DNA from: an uncultured virus (IMG/VR IMGVR_UViG_3300043436_000999)
Lineage: Duplodnaviria > Heunggongvirae > Uroviricota > Caudoviricetes
Length of the DNA: 64,000 bases
Virus record (IMG/VR): IMGVR_UViG_3300043436_000999
Reading direction: 5' to 3' (one strand)
Part shown: one piece after another, positions 1-9,995 of the stretch
Layout: each line of letters starts with the position of its first letter
Numbering within the stretch: the stretch's first letter is position 1
Program-made: the position numbers and the translations under genes
Notes under the pieces: model-generated
What the model was told of the DNA's origin: nothing
The model's database searches: none
The model's input: the letters and a program-made list of their open reading frames with translations, nothing else

Positions 1-248
1 CGCAGGGCTGGGGGGGGGTAGAGGGGGACGCCAACAACAGGTGGGGGAAGGGGGTACCCTCCTAAAATTTTCGATACCTAAAACGTTTTCTTAGAAAACC
101 CCACCTCCCCCGTTAAGGGGAAGCGGGATAGATAGACTCAGGATACAGACGGGGGAATGTACCTGAGGCGGCTTTGGAGCTATCGGGCGTTGTCCCCAAA
201 CGATCAACTCCAAAGTGAAATGGTTATGTATGGGGTATCTTCCTTAGG

Positions 249-360
249 ACTCCCCTATAGGTTTATGTTATGGGTTTATGTAAACGTTAGGACTCCCCTA
301 GGTTATATCCTTACGTTATCCCTAGATACTCCCCTTACTATCTTTCCTAGACTCTCCCCT
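249..360. repeat. Short direct repeats ACTCCCCT (3 exact copies plus 1 variant) in the probable genome-terminal non-coding region
   Basis: ACTCCCCT at 249, 292 and 328 and ACTCTCCCCT at 351. T7-like genome ends carry arrays of short repeats. Confidence 0.5.
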
Positions 361-411
361 AGTGGAGAGTCCGCTCTTGTTTTATTGTGTTCCATCACAG
401 CTAGGTTGTTC

Positions 412-433
412 CCTAGCACCAAATCAGGGACTG
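412..433 (-). promoter_or_regulatory. Candidate phage RNAP promoter (phiOR-like position)
   Basis: Minus strand CAGTCCCTGA-TTTGGT-GCTA-GGG. The same motif and spacing occur at 44939-44959 and 58948-58969. Confidence 0.6.
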
Positions 434-478
434 CTCGTCTAGGTAAATACCCCACCCCAATAAACCTCCTATAAGCCT

Positions 479-541
479 ATTAGAGACGTTCCTGAGTCTA
501 CCCCTATGGATGGGGGTCTTAACTGCAGGAACGTCTCTAAT
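479..541. repeat. Perfect 16-bp inverted repeat downstream of the last gene
   Basis: ATTAGAGACGTTCCTG (479-494) / CAGGAACGTCTCTAAT (526-541), with an inner CCCC/GGGG stem. Confidence 0.75.
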
Positions 542-556
542 GGCATTCTAGCTAGA

Positions 557-3500
557 TTACAATAGATCCTTGATCATATCCAAAGCTTTCTTTGGTACGT
601 TCTCTGAAGGACCAGAGTAAAGATCAGGAATTCTATATCGTTCATCTGACTTCTCTCCAGTAATCTGAGAGTGGGTTTCTAGTAGACCCATACGGATAAG
701 AGCAGATAGGTACTGATAGCTTCCCAAGAGAGGGAGAGAGGTACCTACCCTAATTACCGTTTGGATTGGTTTCTCCTTAGCGTCTTCCCAGATCCAGCTA
801 TCATCATCGTCATCCTTGGTTCTAGTCAAGCTATAGGCAATAGATTCCATCATAACTAGACCAGCGAGGTGCTTAGAGTATGCAGTAGTTGTATAACGTC
901 TACGTCTACCTATTTCTTGGGTAGAGTGACTAAGTAAGAACTGCATGAATACACCCATAGATCTAGCATAAGGGGATTGATTAATCCGTAGATCCAATAA
1001 GGTAGGATCAGTATTGGTGTGTCTTGAAGTAGCATTTACCAAGGCACCCATACGGTTAATGGTATCTATCTTGATGGGATCTCCATCAGCCCAGATGAAT
1101 AGACGTTGGATATCTAAGAGACCTTCAGAATAGTTACGTTGATCCTTAGCTGCATCAATCATAACTTGGATTCTAGCTGGGTCTAATAAACCCAGAGCAG
1201 ATAGATCTATAGCTTCCTTGGGGGATAGACCACACTTAGTAGCTAGAGATGCAAAGTCAGATAATGAGTCTGGGTTAGCTGACTTCAATAGCTTAGCAAG
1301 AGCCATGAACTTAGCAGAGTTTGTTGTAAGGTTGTATTGCATATTCTGGACATGCAATGTAGTCGTTACATCGTTTACGAAAGCAAGAGGAGCCCCCAGT
1401 CTACTTGCTGGGATAGACAGATAGTTAGCTGCCTTACCAACAATAGAGTCTTCTAACTTGTTTCGTTCCTTAGCTCCTGCCCAAGATGCAGCCCAACTCT
1501 TAAACCAGCCACCCCGCTTAGAACCCATGATTGTTCCACCGAATGGATTGTTTGGATTCATCTCAGCTCTTAACAATAGGTGGTCAGAAGATAGACCACG
1601 GAGCCAGTGAGTAGCGGATGCTACTTGCTGGATGGTCTGTCTCTTATCCCGACTAAATAGCTTTAGGGTCTGGATGAAGTTAGGGATTACTTGACGTAGC
1701 ATACCACGGTTATGGTTACTAGCGAGGATAGCTCTTGCGGTTTCACCAGTTGAGGTTAAAGCCGCTCTGAGACCACTTGCTGAAAGGACAAGGGGTCTAG
1801 AGCCAGATTCAAGCAATGACCTATAGTGACGATCTAGACCGTCTCTACTTGCCATTAACCTTCCGGTATTTGATTCCCAGATATCCTTAATTCTGTCATA
1901 ACCACGGTTTACTGAATCCTGTTCAGTCTTAGCGAGTTGACCTCTGCTTGCCTCACCGTGCTTTCTAGAAACCTCAACGAGATCCAAGAATGACATCTTA
2001 ACACCAAACATATCCGTGATATACTTGGTCATAATGGCATCGGTTACACTGCTGCGTAACTGTTGATAGATCAATCCGTAGATATCCTTATCAAAGTACT
2101 TGGCAAGTTCTGGATTCTTTGCGATATCGTTGTGGGACAAGATTCTGGTAATATCCATTTCACGTCCACCACCAACACCTTCAGTACGTGGCTTACCGCC
2201 ACGGGATTCTGGAGAGTCGATGTTGAGGTATCGGTTCTTAGCTACGGTCATCGTATGTCTAAGAGCCGTATAGTTATCACCACGTGACCGATAGATATCC
2301 CAGTTGACATAGTTTCTAGAAGACACCAAGGCATCCTCATAGATAGTCAACGCATCCTTACCAAGTGAGGCTTTCTTAGCCATATTCTTGAATTCAGAAT
2401 ACTTGTAGACAGCTGGTTCATAACCAAGAGGTGAACCTTCCTTAACCTCAACAGATACGATATCGTCAGAAACCGAATCTCTTGTAAGCTTTACCCAGCC
2501 CAAGGCATCCAACGTAATGATGGATAGATCCTTGCTTTCTCGTTCCTTTGCCAAGGCATGCTTGACAAGGGCATCAACGAACTGGTCTTGTTGCTCAAAG
2601 GCTAACATGTTGACCTTGTGGATTGTACCATACTCTGTTGGCTTCATTGGCGTAATCAACGTACCGTACTTCTCAAGCAAGCCAGACACCAAGGTATTGT
2701 ACTTGTGTACACCCTTAATGAGTTCCACAATCAATTCTCTGTGGACGGCATTATTTGGTAAGCTCTCTAGATCAGCAAGGTATAGCCAAGCTGTTTCGTA
2801 TAGCTGTTCCAACTCTGCGGTCTTTGTGACCTGAGCTGTAATCTTTCTCTGGATATCTAAGAGACCAGCTGCACTGTACATGTTATTTGTTTCTGCGTTA
2901 ACCATGTCAACGGAGAAGAGATCGAATGTACCTGATAGCTCACCATCCCTAAGATCCATAAGAGGATCGTAGATCTTTGAGAAGAACTGTAGCATCATTG
3001 ACTGAGCATCGGCAGTATCGCCGTAAGCGGCACCACCACCAACAAGAGAGTTAAAGACCTTACCAACCTTGGAGTCGGTAATCAATGAATAGATACCAGC
3101 ACTGCGGTTTCTATTGCCAAGCTTTTCTTCTACGGTTGGAAGCAATACGTCACTAACGAAAGATCGTCTTTCGTCATCTGTCAAGTCTCTGTAGTTCTTA
3201 CCTGAGAACTTAATTCTAGAAGCCGTAGCCACGGTCGCTGATGGCTTGGTTCTTCGTGTGAGGTGATCAACGGCTGGCTGACTAAATGCCTTGGTTCCCT
3301 TGATCATACTGTTGATAATCTCTAGATCTTCTGGTTCCATTTCTTCATGTAAGCCAGCAGCTAGAAGATTACGTCTACGAACCTCAGCGGAGTCAACAAG
3401 CTCAGCAAGCTTTGCTTCTAGTTCTCTTGCGTCTGCACCTACTGACTTAGCTGCATCAATTACGTCTTGAGTAGATGTCATAGCTCGCATCTGAGCATAG

Positions 3501-6500
3501 ACCCTACCCTTAGCAGATTTGAGAGCAGAACGAAGTTCAGCTTTACCACCAAGGCTAACAACCTCAGGAATTTGAAGTTCGGTACCAACCAACCTAAACG
3601 GAACATATCCTGGTGTTGGTACCATAACCATACCAAACTGATCAACTGGTTCTACCTTACTTTTGACTACCCCAGTTACAAGATTTGAAACAATGGTTTC
3701 TTGTAGAATTTTATCAGCATTCTTTAACTGTTCTTCGGTTGCTCTAGGAAAAATAGATCTAGAGATTCCGTTAAGCATTTCTTTAACTGGTCTTGTTTTA
3801 GACGCACCAATCGAAGCTTTAGCCCCAGCAAAGAACATAAGTACATCAGAATCTGTTAAGGTGTTTGCGACAAACTCATGTAAGTTAGTTAGGGCATAGT
3901 GAGTAAATGTTGGGGTTTCTGTTACGCCTAACATACCAACAAACTTCTCTTTGTAATCGGAACCCAACAGTTCTAAAGCTTCTGGGGTACGATCAATCCA
4001 ATCAATTGTTGCTAGATAAGCAGATGCAATTGACTTAACACTAGCCTTTAGTTTGTTGCCGTTTAGATCAACACCAGATTGAACACTCTCGCGTAATGCT
4101 GTAATATAAGCATCATATCCATGTCCAGTTATTGTATCAAAGCCAGCTTCACTTATTTCTCTTGCTGTTATAGCATGAATAACTTCGTGAATAAGAGTAG
4201 GTACACTTACCTTACCTTCCCTAACGTTTAGGAAGATGTTATCATAAAAGTATAGACCCTCAGTTTTGTTGTCAAGCTTTGCCACCCAAACACCGACCGT
4301 TTCTAAATAGTCCCTGTGTTCATTTAGGATTTGACCAGCAAGTGTCTTATACTTTGATTGTGGATTGTTCGCTAGTTCTTCAAGAACTTGAACACCGTTT
4401 TCTAGTTCACCTGAAAGAATCTTTCTGTATAGATCACTGGAGGATTCTTGAGCAGCTCTGATTAAATAATCAGGAGCGCGAATGACATCAAGTGGTCCAG
4501 CTGACATTAAGCGTTCTGATAGATCTTCCATGTCTTCTGGGGAGATGCGCTGAGCAAGAGTTTTTTGTTTCTTAGTCTTAAACTCAAGATCAAGAAGCTT
4601 TCGAATTGCTTTAGCTTCGTCCTCTGCTAGATCATCAACAAAGGTTGTAAGTTCATTACGAAGATCTGAGATACGATTCTCAACAGAATTTACGGTTAGT
4701 TGAATTCCGTAATTCTCTAGAAGTCGTGCTGTGTTATCAATATCAGAAGCCTTTTGTAACATACCCTCACGTCTTGCCATAAAGACAGCAGCGAGTTCGG
4801 TCTTACCAATATCAACTAGGTGGGCATGAAACAGTGTAGCTAGATTTCTAATGGCTTCGCTTTCAGCGTGTTGTTTTACGTAGAAGTCTTTTTTCTCTTC
4901 TTTTGTATATTTGGGAACAAGTTTTTCCTGTCCTTCAACTATATTTACTGCTTCACCGCCAGCACCCATTGCCTCTTCGCTACCAATTATCTTCTTGGTT
5001 CCCTTTGATTTTCGTTCAGCGTTTAGTTCAAGATTCTGGATAATCTTCTTTGCAAAAGATGTAGCAGCTTTAGATTTAATAAGACCAGATGCCCAAGCTT
5101 CAGCTTTTTGTTCTGGAGTTAGTGTAATAAGCTTGTCTTTAGTAAGCTTTGTTGTTGGCTCTGCATCTTTTTCAACCATCTCAATCAGACGATCTATTCT
5201 ACTATCTAGTGTTTTAACAATATCATCCACATTAATGCTTGGTTCTGCTTTTGATATAATATCCCAAACTGTTTTTCCAAGATTAGTTAGCTTTAACCAA
5301 TCGGTCTGGATATCGTTACTAATAGCTTTAACTGTAGGTTGTGGAACTACTTCAAGCACAGTGTTACCGAGTACACCAATCTTTATTCTCTCTACAGAGT
5401 TAGTAAACTGAGTGACTGTTCCTTTGGCTTCGTCATACGTCTCAATTAAGTCTTCTTGAGCCTTAGATCTATTTGCCTCAGGTACAGCTCTAGCTGCATC
5501 ATAAGCCGACTTCTTATCCTCAAGATATTTTCTAGTTTCTTTGATTGTATCAATGTGTCGCTCTACAAATTTCTTAGCTCCAACAAACTCTGCAATCAAA
5601 GAACCATTACGCTTGTGCAATAAACCGCTGACGTAAACCTTCAAGTCTTCCATTGACCATTTAATGGTATTAGCTGTTGCTTGTAGATTTGCTGGGGTAG
5701 GTTCTCTAACTAAAGCATCAAGCGGACCTTCATGTTTCGTAGCTAGTTTTTCTAATTCTAGGAAACGATTAAAGTTCTTATCGTCTAGACCCATAATTCC
5801 TTCGATGGTGTGTCTAGAGATTTGAGCGCGTAATTCAGCTTCAAGGAATTGCTTAACTAGATCGCTTGGAATCTGTCGTGTGTTTGTGGTTAACTCTTCA
5901 GCTTTAGCAGAAGTACCAAAAACATCATCATACTCAAGCTTTGTAGTAAGATACTTTTCAAGCAAAGCCTTGGCTCTACTTGGGTTTGCAACAGCTGCAG
6001 CAACAACAGTCTTAACTTCAGCCTTCTTTGCTGCAGGAATACTTTCACCAAGGTTGTCAGCTGTAGCCGAAGCTTCAGTACTGATGGCAGCCAAAGCAAC
6101 AAGCTCAGTCTCAACGCTTACTGGAGTTTCTTCAACATTGATAATCTCTGGAGTAACGATAGGCGCACGTTCTGCTTCTACAGCATCCAGTGTTCTACCT
6201 TCTTCCAAAGCAGCGATGACAGCCGTAGCGTGTTCCTTGTCTACCTTAGCCGTTTCAACTACGGTTGCAACCTTAGTAGCAACAACAGTTTCAGTTGGGG
6301 TTAGTTCTACCTTCATGCCAGCAGAATCGACAAAGGTTCCTGGACCAAGAAGTTCTTCAAGGTCTGCCTTAAGCTCAGATGAAATACCGATATCGGTTTC
6401 AGTCTTACTGACCTTTGACGCAGCGCGTCTCTTAATCTCAGCCTGTAGTTCTTCCTTACTGAAGAATAACTTACTCTCTTCAGTCTTGAAAGCGGCATCA

Positions 6501-9500
6501 ATAAACTTAACCTTTACATCGTCTACAACGCTGATGAATGGGGATTCAATTGCAGCAAACTTTGCAAGCTCTTCGTCTGTAAGCTTTGTTGGATTTGTAA
6601 GCTTATTAGCTGGACGGGCATCAATAGATGTAACTGTACCAATCTTTGCTTCTTCGTCCTTTAGGAAGGTGAGAACAGATTCTCTGCTCATACCAGAAGC
6701 AATAGCTTCCTTAATGACCTTACGTGTTGCGTTGTTGACCTTTTGATAGATCTCTTCTACAACACTTGTTACACTAACTGGCTTAGTTGCCGCAGCTTCC
6801 GCAAGCTTATCTACAACTGGCTTAGCCTTTTCAAATTCAATTTCTTTCTTAGCGAGATAATCGTTAAAGGCCATCTCTCCAAGGATTTCCTTACCAATAG
6901 CAAGGCGTTGTTCCTTTGGCAATCGCTTAAACAAGCCCTGATAGGCTGAGTCAAACAACTCACCGATCTTAGAGTTAGAACGATTGAACAAGGCTTCGAA
7001 TACATCTTCGGCTTCCTTGCTCATTATCATACCAGCTTCTAGTGCCTCTTGGCTCTTGAAGCGTTGACCAAGATCTCCAAGGTGGTCGCCAATTCTGTGG
7101 AATAGACGTTGAACTTGGGTCTTAGGAGCGCGACCATCACCAGACATAACTCGTCTAACGTATTGTGACATACCATTAGCGAACTTCTCTGATGCCTTTT
7201 CGGTCCACTCAGTTCCCGTATAACCAACCCAATCCTTAAACTTTTCCCAGATCTCGTCTGTAATACCAATGGCATGTCGAGCGTCTGGAGTAAGTTCATC
7301 AAGAATCATTACCTGTAAGTAGTGAGACATTTCGTGGGTAACGGTACCAACGTCTGAAGACTTGGTTGCTCGAATAAGAGCGGTGTTACCCTCGAAGAAG
7401 ATCTCTGCGTTTCTATCATCAGCCACTAGGGAAGCAATTCTAAGTAGATTAGAATCACCATCATAACCTAATGAGTCCATGATGATCTTAGCAACCGTAG
7501 CCTCTTCCTTAGTAAGATCAAAGATCTTCTTAATGCTGTCTACGGTTACAGAGGTACCTTCAGCAAAGGTCTTAACAAGTTCTTCCTTGACCTTTGTCTT
7601 CTTTACCTTTTCAATTGTTTCCTTAATCTTAGCCGTCTTTACGTCATTCCAAGCCTTGTTAAGCTTTTCGTTTACCTCAACAAGCTTTGCTTGCAAGGTA
7701 TCCGTATCAACCGTAAGGACATCCTTTGAGAAGAATGGGGACTTAGGATCATCGGCTCGAAGCTTAATGCTGAGTTGTCCATCCTCGCCCTTCTCCAAGG
7801 TTCGCTTGGTGGCAAAGACATCCTTATTCTTTGGATCAACGACAACGGCAAAGTTCTTATTTGAACCCGTTGCGGTAACAACGATTGGCTTATCGCCAAA
7901 AGCTGCAACAAAGATGCTATCAACAACTTCCTTTGGAATGACACGACCGCCACCAAAGTCACCAGTGACGATTCTCTTAAAGGTATTTACAACCTGAGAT
8001 TCATCTACCGATGCCGCTTCGTATCGTGCGGCGGTAATAAAGTTTTGGAAATCTGCATCTGACGATAGATTGATACTACGACCAAGGATTGCTTCTGCCT
8101 TGTTTAGAACCGTAGCGGATGATAATCCGATTTGTTCCAAGCGTCTATCAACACTCTTGGCAGCAACCAATCTCTTAAGTTGTCTTGCAACCTCAACTTG
8201 CTGGGTGGCTACTGGCGCTTCGGTAAGTAACCGACCAGTTGCCGTAGGTGGTTGTGGTTGTTGCTTGGTATTGTAATCAACCAACACAGCCTTAACATCA
8301 TCAATGGTTAGGTCTGCATCTGCAAGGTTTGACTCGTTAACAAGTTGATTAAAGATACCACGGGTTTCTGGATCTACGCCATCTACGCTAAGCATAGCAG
8401 CTTCACCAGCCACACCTGTTGCCTTCTCAAACTCTTCGATAACTGGCATGACGCGCTTAACGTCAAGGTTCATCTTACCCGCAATACGGGGATTGAACTT
8501 ACCAAAGAGACGTGAGCCATTGAGCATGACGTTTGTAAAGTCTCTGCCGTCATAGCTCTTCATAAACTTATCGACTGTATCACCAAAGAAGATACCACGA
8601 CCATCGCTAAGGGTATTACCCCAGACGATATCGCCATCCCTGGTGGTTGCCCACGTATCCATTGAGTTTGCAATCTGTCTACGGAAACCATCCCAGTCTC
8701 CGGTCTTATAATACTTATAGTCACCGATGGACCCAAGACCGAAGCGTACTGCGCTTGCAACACCAACGGCACCAAGGGAGCCAGTTAGAGCAGCTAGAGC
8801 GGTTTCGCCAAGGTTATACTTAAGTGCCTTTTCGGTATCTGCAAAGACCAAGGAACGCCATTCGTTATCGGCCTTCTGGTCTGCCAAGGACGATACGACC
8901 CCGGCGACACCACCCTCAAGGGCTAATGCCAAGCCACGGGCTGACATGGTACTTACAGCTGATCTACCAACCGATGGTACAATGGCCCTAATAGCCGCGT
9001 AGGCTGGTCCTTCGATGAGACCAGTCATTGGGCCTGTCGCTAGCGCGGCGGTGTTGGCGGCCTGTCTAACGAGGTTTAAACCCCTAAGGGCGCGGGAGGA
9101 ATTAACACCCGCAGCAACCGACCCAGACAAGGCTCTGGCAGAGACCCCAGCAAGGCCAGCCACGGTACCCAAACCAAGGGTAGCTACGCTGGTAAGTGCC
9201 ATATCCCGGAGGATCAATGGGTCTTTTATACCTTCAATTAAGGAGTTGCCAAGCTTTGAGAAGAATCCGTTATCTTGCTCAAAGAGATTCATACCAACGT
9301 TAATACGAGCATCTTGAACAGCTTGATTGATATTAAAGATAAAGGCACGATCATTCTTGGTCTCAAGAACATAATCTTGGATGTTAATACCAGCTGCCGC
9401 AATAAACTCATTTACTTCTGGATTAGAGTCTTGCCAATCCGTTAGAGCTGAGAGTTGCTTATCTATTGTCCACTCAGGATCTACGGTCTGTAAAATCTTC

Positions 9501-9949
9501 TTAACCTCATCAGCCTTACGGAACGTTTCGTTCTCTCCAAGAATATTGAAGAAGTTAATACCTTCCACAAACTGTTCTGTATAGCTGGTTTCCCGTTGAT
9601 CTTCTGTGAACATGGCATCGCCCTTGTTCTCAAACTGATCGACAAGTCTATACGCTTTTTGGATGGAGCGTTCACCCCATCCCTTAGAACCTTCACCAAT
9701 AGTAAAGGCAAGGGCTGCATCGCCAACTTCTTCTCGCGTTAGCTTTGATTCACCCATAGTCCAACGTCCGTTTAAGAACGATGGACTAAGCAAGCCAAGC
9801 GATACCTTCTCATTAAAAATCTGTTGCTCATTCATGTTTGGTTTCTGATCGCCAAACATGGATGTTGGATTTGCAAAACTTACAACACTCTGCTCCGAAG
9901 GAAGAGGCTTTCCAACCTCTTCGAGAAGCTTAGTTAAGTCGTTATTCAT
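557..9949 (-). CDS. Giant internal virion (ejected) protein, gp16-like position, polyvalent protein with two HExxH zincin-like domains
   Basis: 3130-aa ORF after the other internal virion genes. N-terminal Gly/Ala-rich hydrophobic helices; motifs VTHEMSH...EKFANG and LIHEVIH...HEFVA. Confidence 0.7.
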   Translation of the reverse strand: MNNDLTKLLEEVGKPLPSEQSVVSFANPTSMFGDQKPNMNEQQIFNEKVSLGLLSPSFLNGRWTMGESKLTREEVGDAALAFTIGEGSKGWGERSIQKAYRLVDQFENKGDAMFTEDQRETSYTEQFVEGINFFNILGENETFRKADEVKKILQTVDPEWTIDKQLSALTDWQDSNPEVNEFIAAAGINIQDYVLETKNDRAFIFNINQAVQDARINVGMNLFEQDNGFFSKLGNSLIEGIKDPLILRDMALTSVATLGLGTVAGLAGVSARALSGSVAAGVNSSRALRGLNLVRQAANTAALATGPMTGLIEGPAYAAIRAIVPSVGRSAVSTMSARGLALALEGGVAGVVSSLADQKADNEWRSLVFADTEKALKYNLGETALAALTGSLGAVGVASAVRFGLGSIGDYKYYKTGDWDGFRRQIANSMDTWATTRDGDIVWGNTLSDGRGIFFGDTVDKFMKSYDGRDFTNVMLNGSRLFGKFNPRIAGKMNLDVKRVMPVIEEFEKATGVAGEAAMLSVDGVDPETRGIFNQLVNESNLADADLTIDDVKAVLVDYNTKQQPQPPTATGRLLTEAPVATQQVEVARQLKRLVAAKSVDRRLEQIGLSSATVLNKAEAILGRSINLSSDADFQNFITAARYEAASVDESQVVNTFKRIVTGDFGGGRVIPKEVVDSIFVAAFGDKPIVVTATGSNKNFAVVVDPKNKDVFATKRTLEKGEDGQLSIKLRADDPKSPFFSKDVLTVDTDTLQAKLVEVNEKLNKAWNDVKTAKIKETIEKVKKTKVKEELVKTFAEGTSVTVDSIKKIFDLTKEEATVAKIIMDSLGYDGDSNLLRIASLVADDRNAEIFFEGNTALIRATKSSDVGTVTHEMSHYLQVMILDELTPDARHAIGITDEIWEKFKDWVGYTGTEWTEKASEKFANGMSQYVRRVMSGDGRAPKTQVQRLFHRIGDHLGDLGQRFKSQEALEAGMIMSKEAEDVFEALFNRSNSKIGELFDSAYQGLFKRLPKEQRLAIGKEILGEMAFNDYLAKKEIEFEKAKPVVDKLAEAAATKPVSVTSVVEEIYQKVNNATRKVIKEAIASGMSRESVLTFLKDEEAKIGTVTSIDARPANKLTNPTKLTDEELAKFAAIESPFISVVDDVKVKFIDAAFKTEESKLFFSKEELQAEIKRRAASKVSKTETDIGISSELKADLEELLGPGTFVDSAGMKVELTPTETVVATKVATVVETAKVDKEHATAVIAALEEGRTLDAVEAERAPIVTPEIINVEETPVSVETELVALAAISTEASATADNLGESIPAAKKAEVKTVVAAAVANPSRAKALLEKYLTTKLEYDDVFGTSAKAEELTTNTRQIPSDLVKQFLEAELRAQISRHTIEGIMGLDDKNFNRFLELEKLATKHEGPLDALVREPTPANLQATANTIKWSMEDLKVYVSGLLHKRNGSLIAEFVGAKKFVERHIDTIKETRKYLEDKKSAYDAARAVPEANRSKAQEDLIETYDEAKGTVTQFTNSVERIKIGVLGNTVLEVVPQPTVKAISNDIQTDWLKLTNLGKTVWDIISKAEPSINVDDIVKTLDSRIDRLIEMVEKDAEPTTKLTKDKLITLTPEQKAEAWASGLIKSKAATSFAKKIIQNLELNAERKSKGTKKIIGSEEAMGAGGEAVNIVEGQEKLVPKYTKEEKKDFYVKQHAESEAIRNLATLFHAHLVDIGKTELAAVFMARREGMLQKASDIDNTARLLENYGIQLTVNSVENRISDLRNELTTFVDDLAEDEAKAIRKLLDLEFKTKKQKTLAQRISPEDMEDLSERLMSAGPLDVIRAPDYLIRAAQESSSDLYRKILSGELENGVQVLEELANNPQSKYKTLAGQILNEHRDYLETVGVWVAKLDNKTEGLYFYDNIFLNVREGKVSVPTLIHEVIHAITAREISEAGFDTITGHGYDAYITALRESVQSGVDLNGNKLKASVKSIASAYLATIDWIDRTPEALELLGSDYKEKFVGMLGVTETPTFTHYALTNLHEFVANTLTDSDVLMFFAGAKASIGASKTRPVKEMLNGISRSIFPRATEEQLKNADKILQETIVSNLVTGVVKSKVEPVDQFGMVMVPTPGYVPFRLVGTELQIPEVVSLGGKAELRSALKSAKGRVYAQMRAMTSTQDVIDAAKSVGADARELEAKLAELVDSAEVRRRNLLAAGLHEEMEPEDLEIINSMIKGTKAFSQPAVDHLTRRTKPSATVATASRIKFSGKNYRDLTDDERRSFVSDVLLPTVEEKLGNRNRSAGIYSLITDSKVGKVFNSLVGGGAAYGDTADAQSMMLQFFSKIYDPLMDLRDGELSGTFDLFSVDMVNAETNNMYSAAGLLDIQRKITAQVTKTAELEQLYETAWLYLADLESLPNNAVHRELIVELIKGVHKYNTLVSGLLEKYGTLITPMKPTEYGTIHKVNMLAFEQQDQFVDALVKHALAKERESKDLSIITLDALGWVKLTRDSVSDDIVSVEVKEGSPLGYEPAVYKYSEFKNMAKKASLGKDALTIYEDALVSSRNYVNWDIYRSRGDNYTALRHTMTVAKNRYLNIDSPESRGGKPRTEGVGGGREMDITRILSHNDIAKNPELAKYFDKDIYGLIYQQLRSSVTDAIMTKYITDMFGVKMSFLDLVEVSRKHGEASRGQLAKTEQDSVNRGYDRIKDIWESNTGRLMASRDGLDRHYRSLLESGSRPLVLSASGLRAALTSTGETARAILASNHNRGMLRQVIPNFIQTLKLFSRDKRQTIQQVASATHWLRGLSSDHLLLRAEMNPNNPFGGTIMGSKRGGWFKSWAASWAGAKERNKLEDSIVGKAANYLSIPASRLGAPLAFVNDVTTTLHVQNMQYNLTTNSAKFMALAKLLKSANPDSLSDFASLATKCGLSPKEAIDLSALGLLDPARIQVMIDAAKDQRNYSEGLLDIQRLFIWADGDPIKIDTINRMGALVNATSRHTNTDPTLLDLRINQSPYARSMGVFMQFLLSHSTQEIGRRRRYTTTAYSKHLAGLVMMESIAYSLTRTKDDDDDSWIWEDAKEKPIQTVIRVGTSLPLLGSYQYLSALIRMGLLETHSQITGEKSDERYRIPDLYSGPSENVPKKALDMIKDLL

Positions 9950-9961
9950 TTAAGTCCTTGT

Positions 9962-9993
9962 AATAAAGAGTGGGGGCTGTTACACCCCCACCC
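9962..9993 (-). terminator. Probable intrinsic terminator between the two largest internal virion genes
   Basis: Minus strand GTGGGGG-TGTAACAG-CCCCCAC followed by TCTTTATT. Confidence 0.5.
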
Positions 9994-9995
9994 TA

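Noticed and set aside
157..474. 105-aa plus-strand ORF at the left end
   Set aside because: Opposite to all other genes, runs through short repeats and the candidate promoter, and has no recognisable motif.
4911..7997. Long plus-strand ORFs (4911-5411, 5880-6746, 7479-7997)
   Set aside because: Antisense shadows of the giant gene with Ser/Leu/Phe-rich composition and no RBS or motifs.
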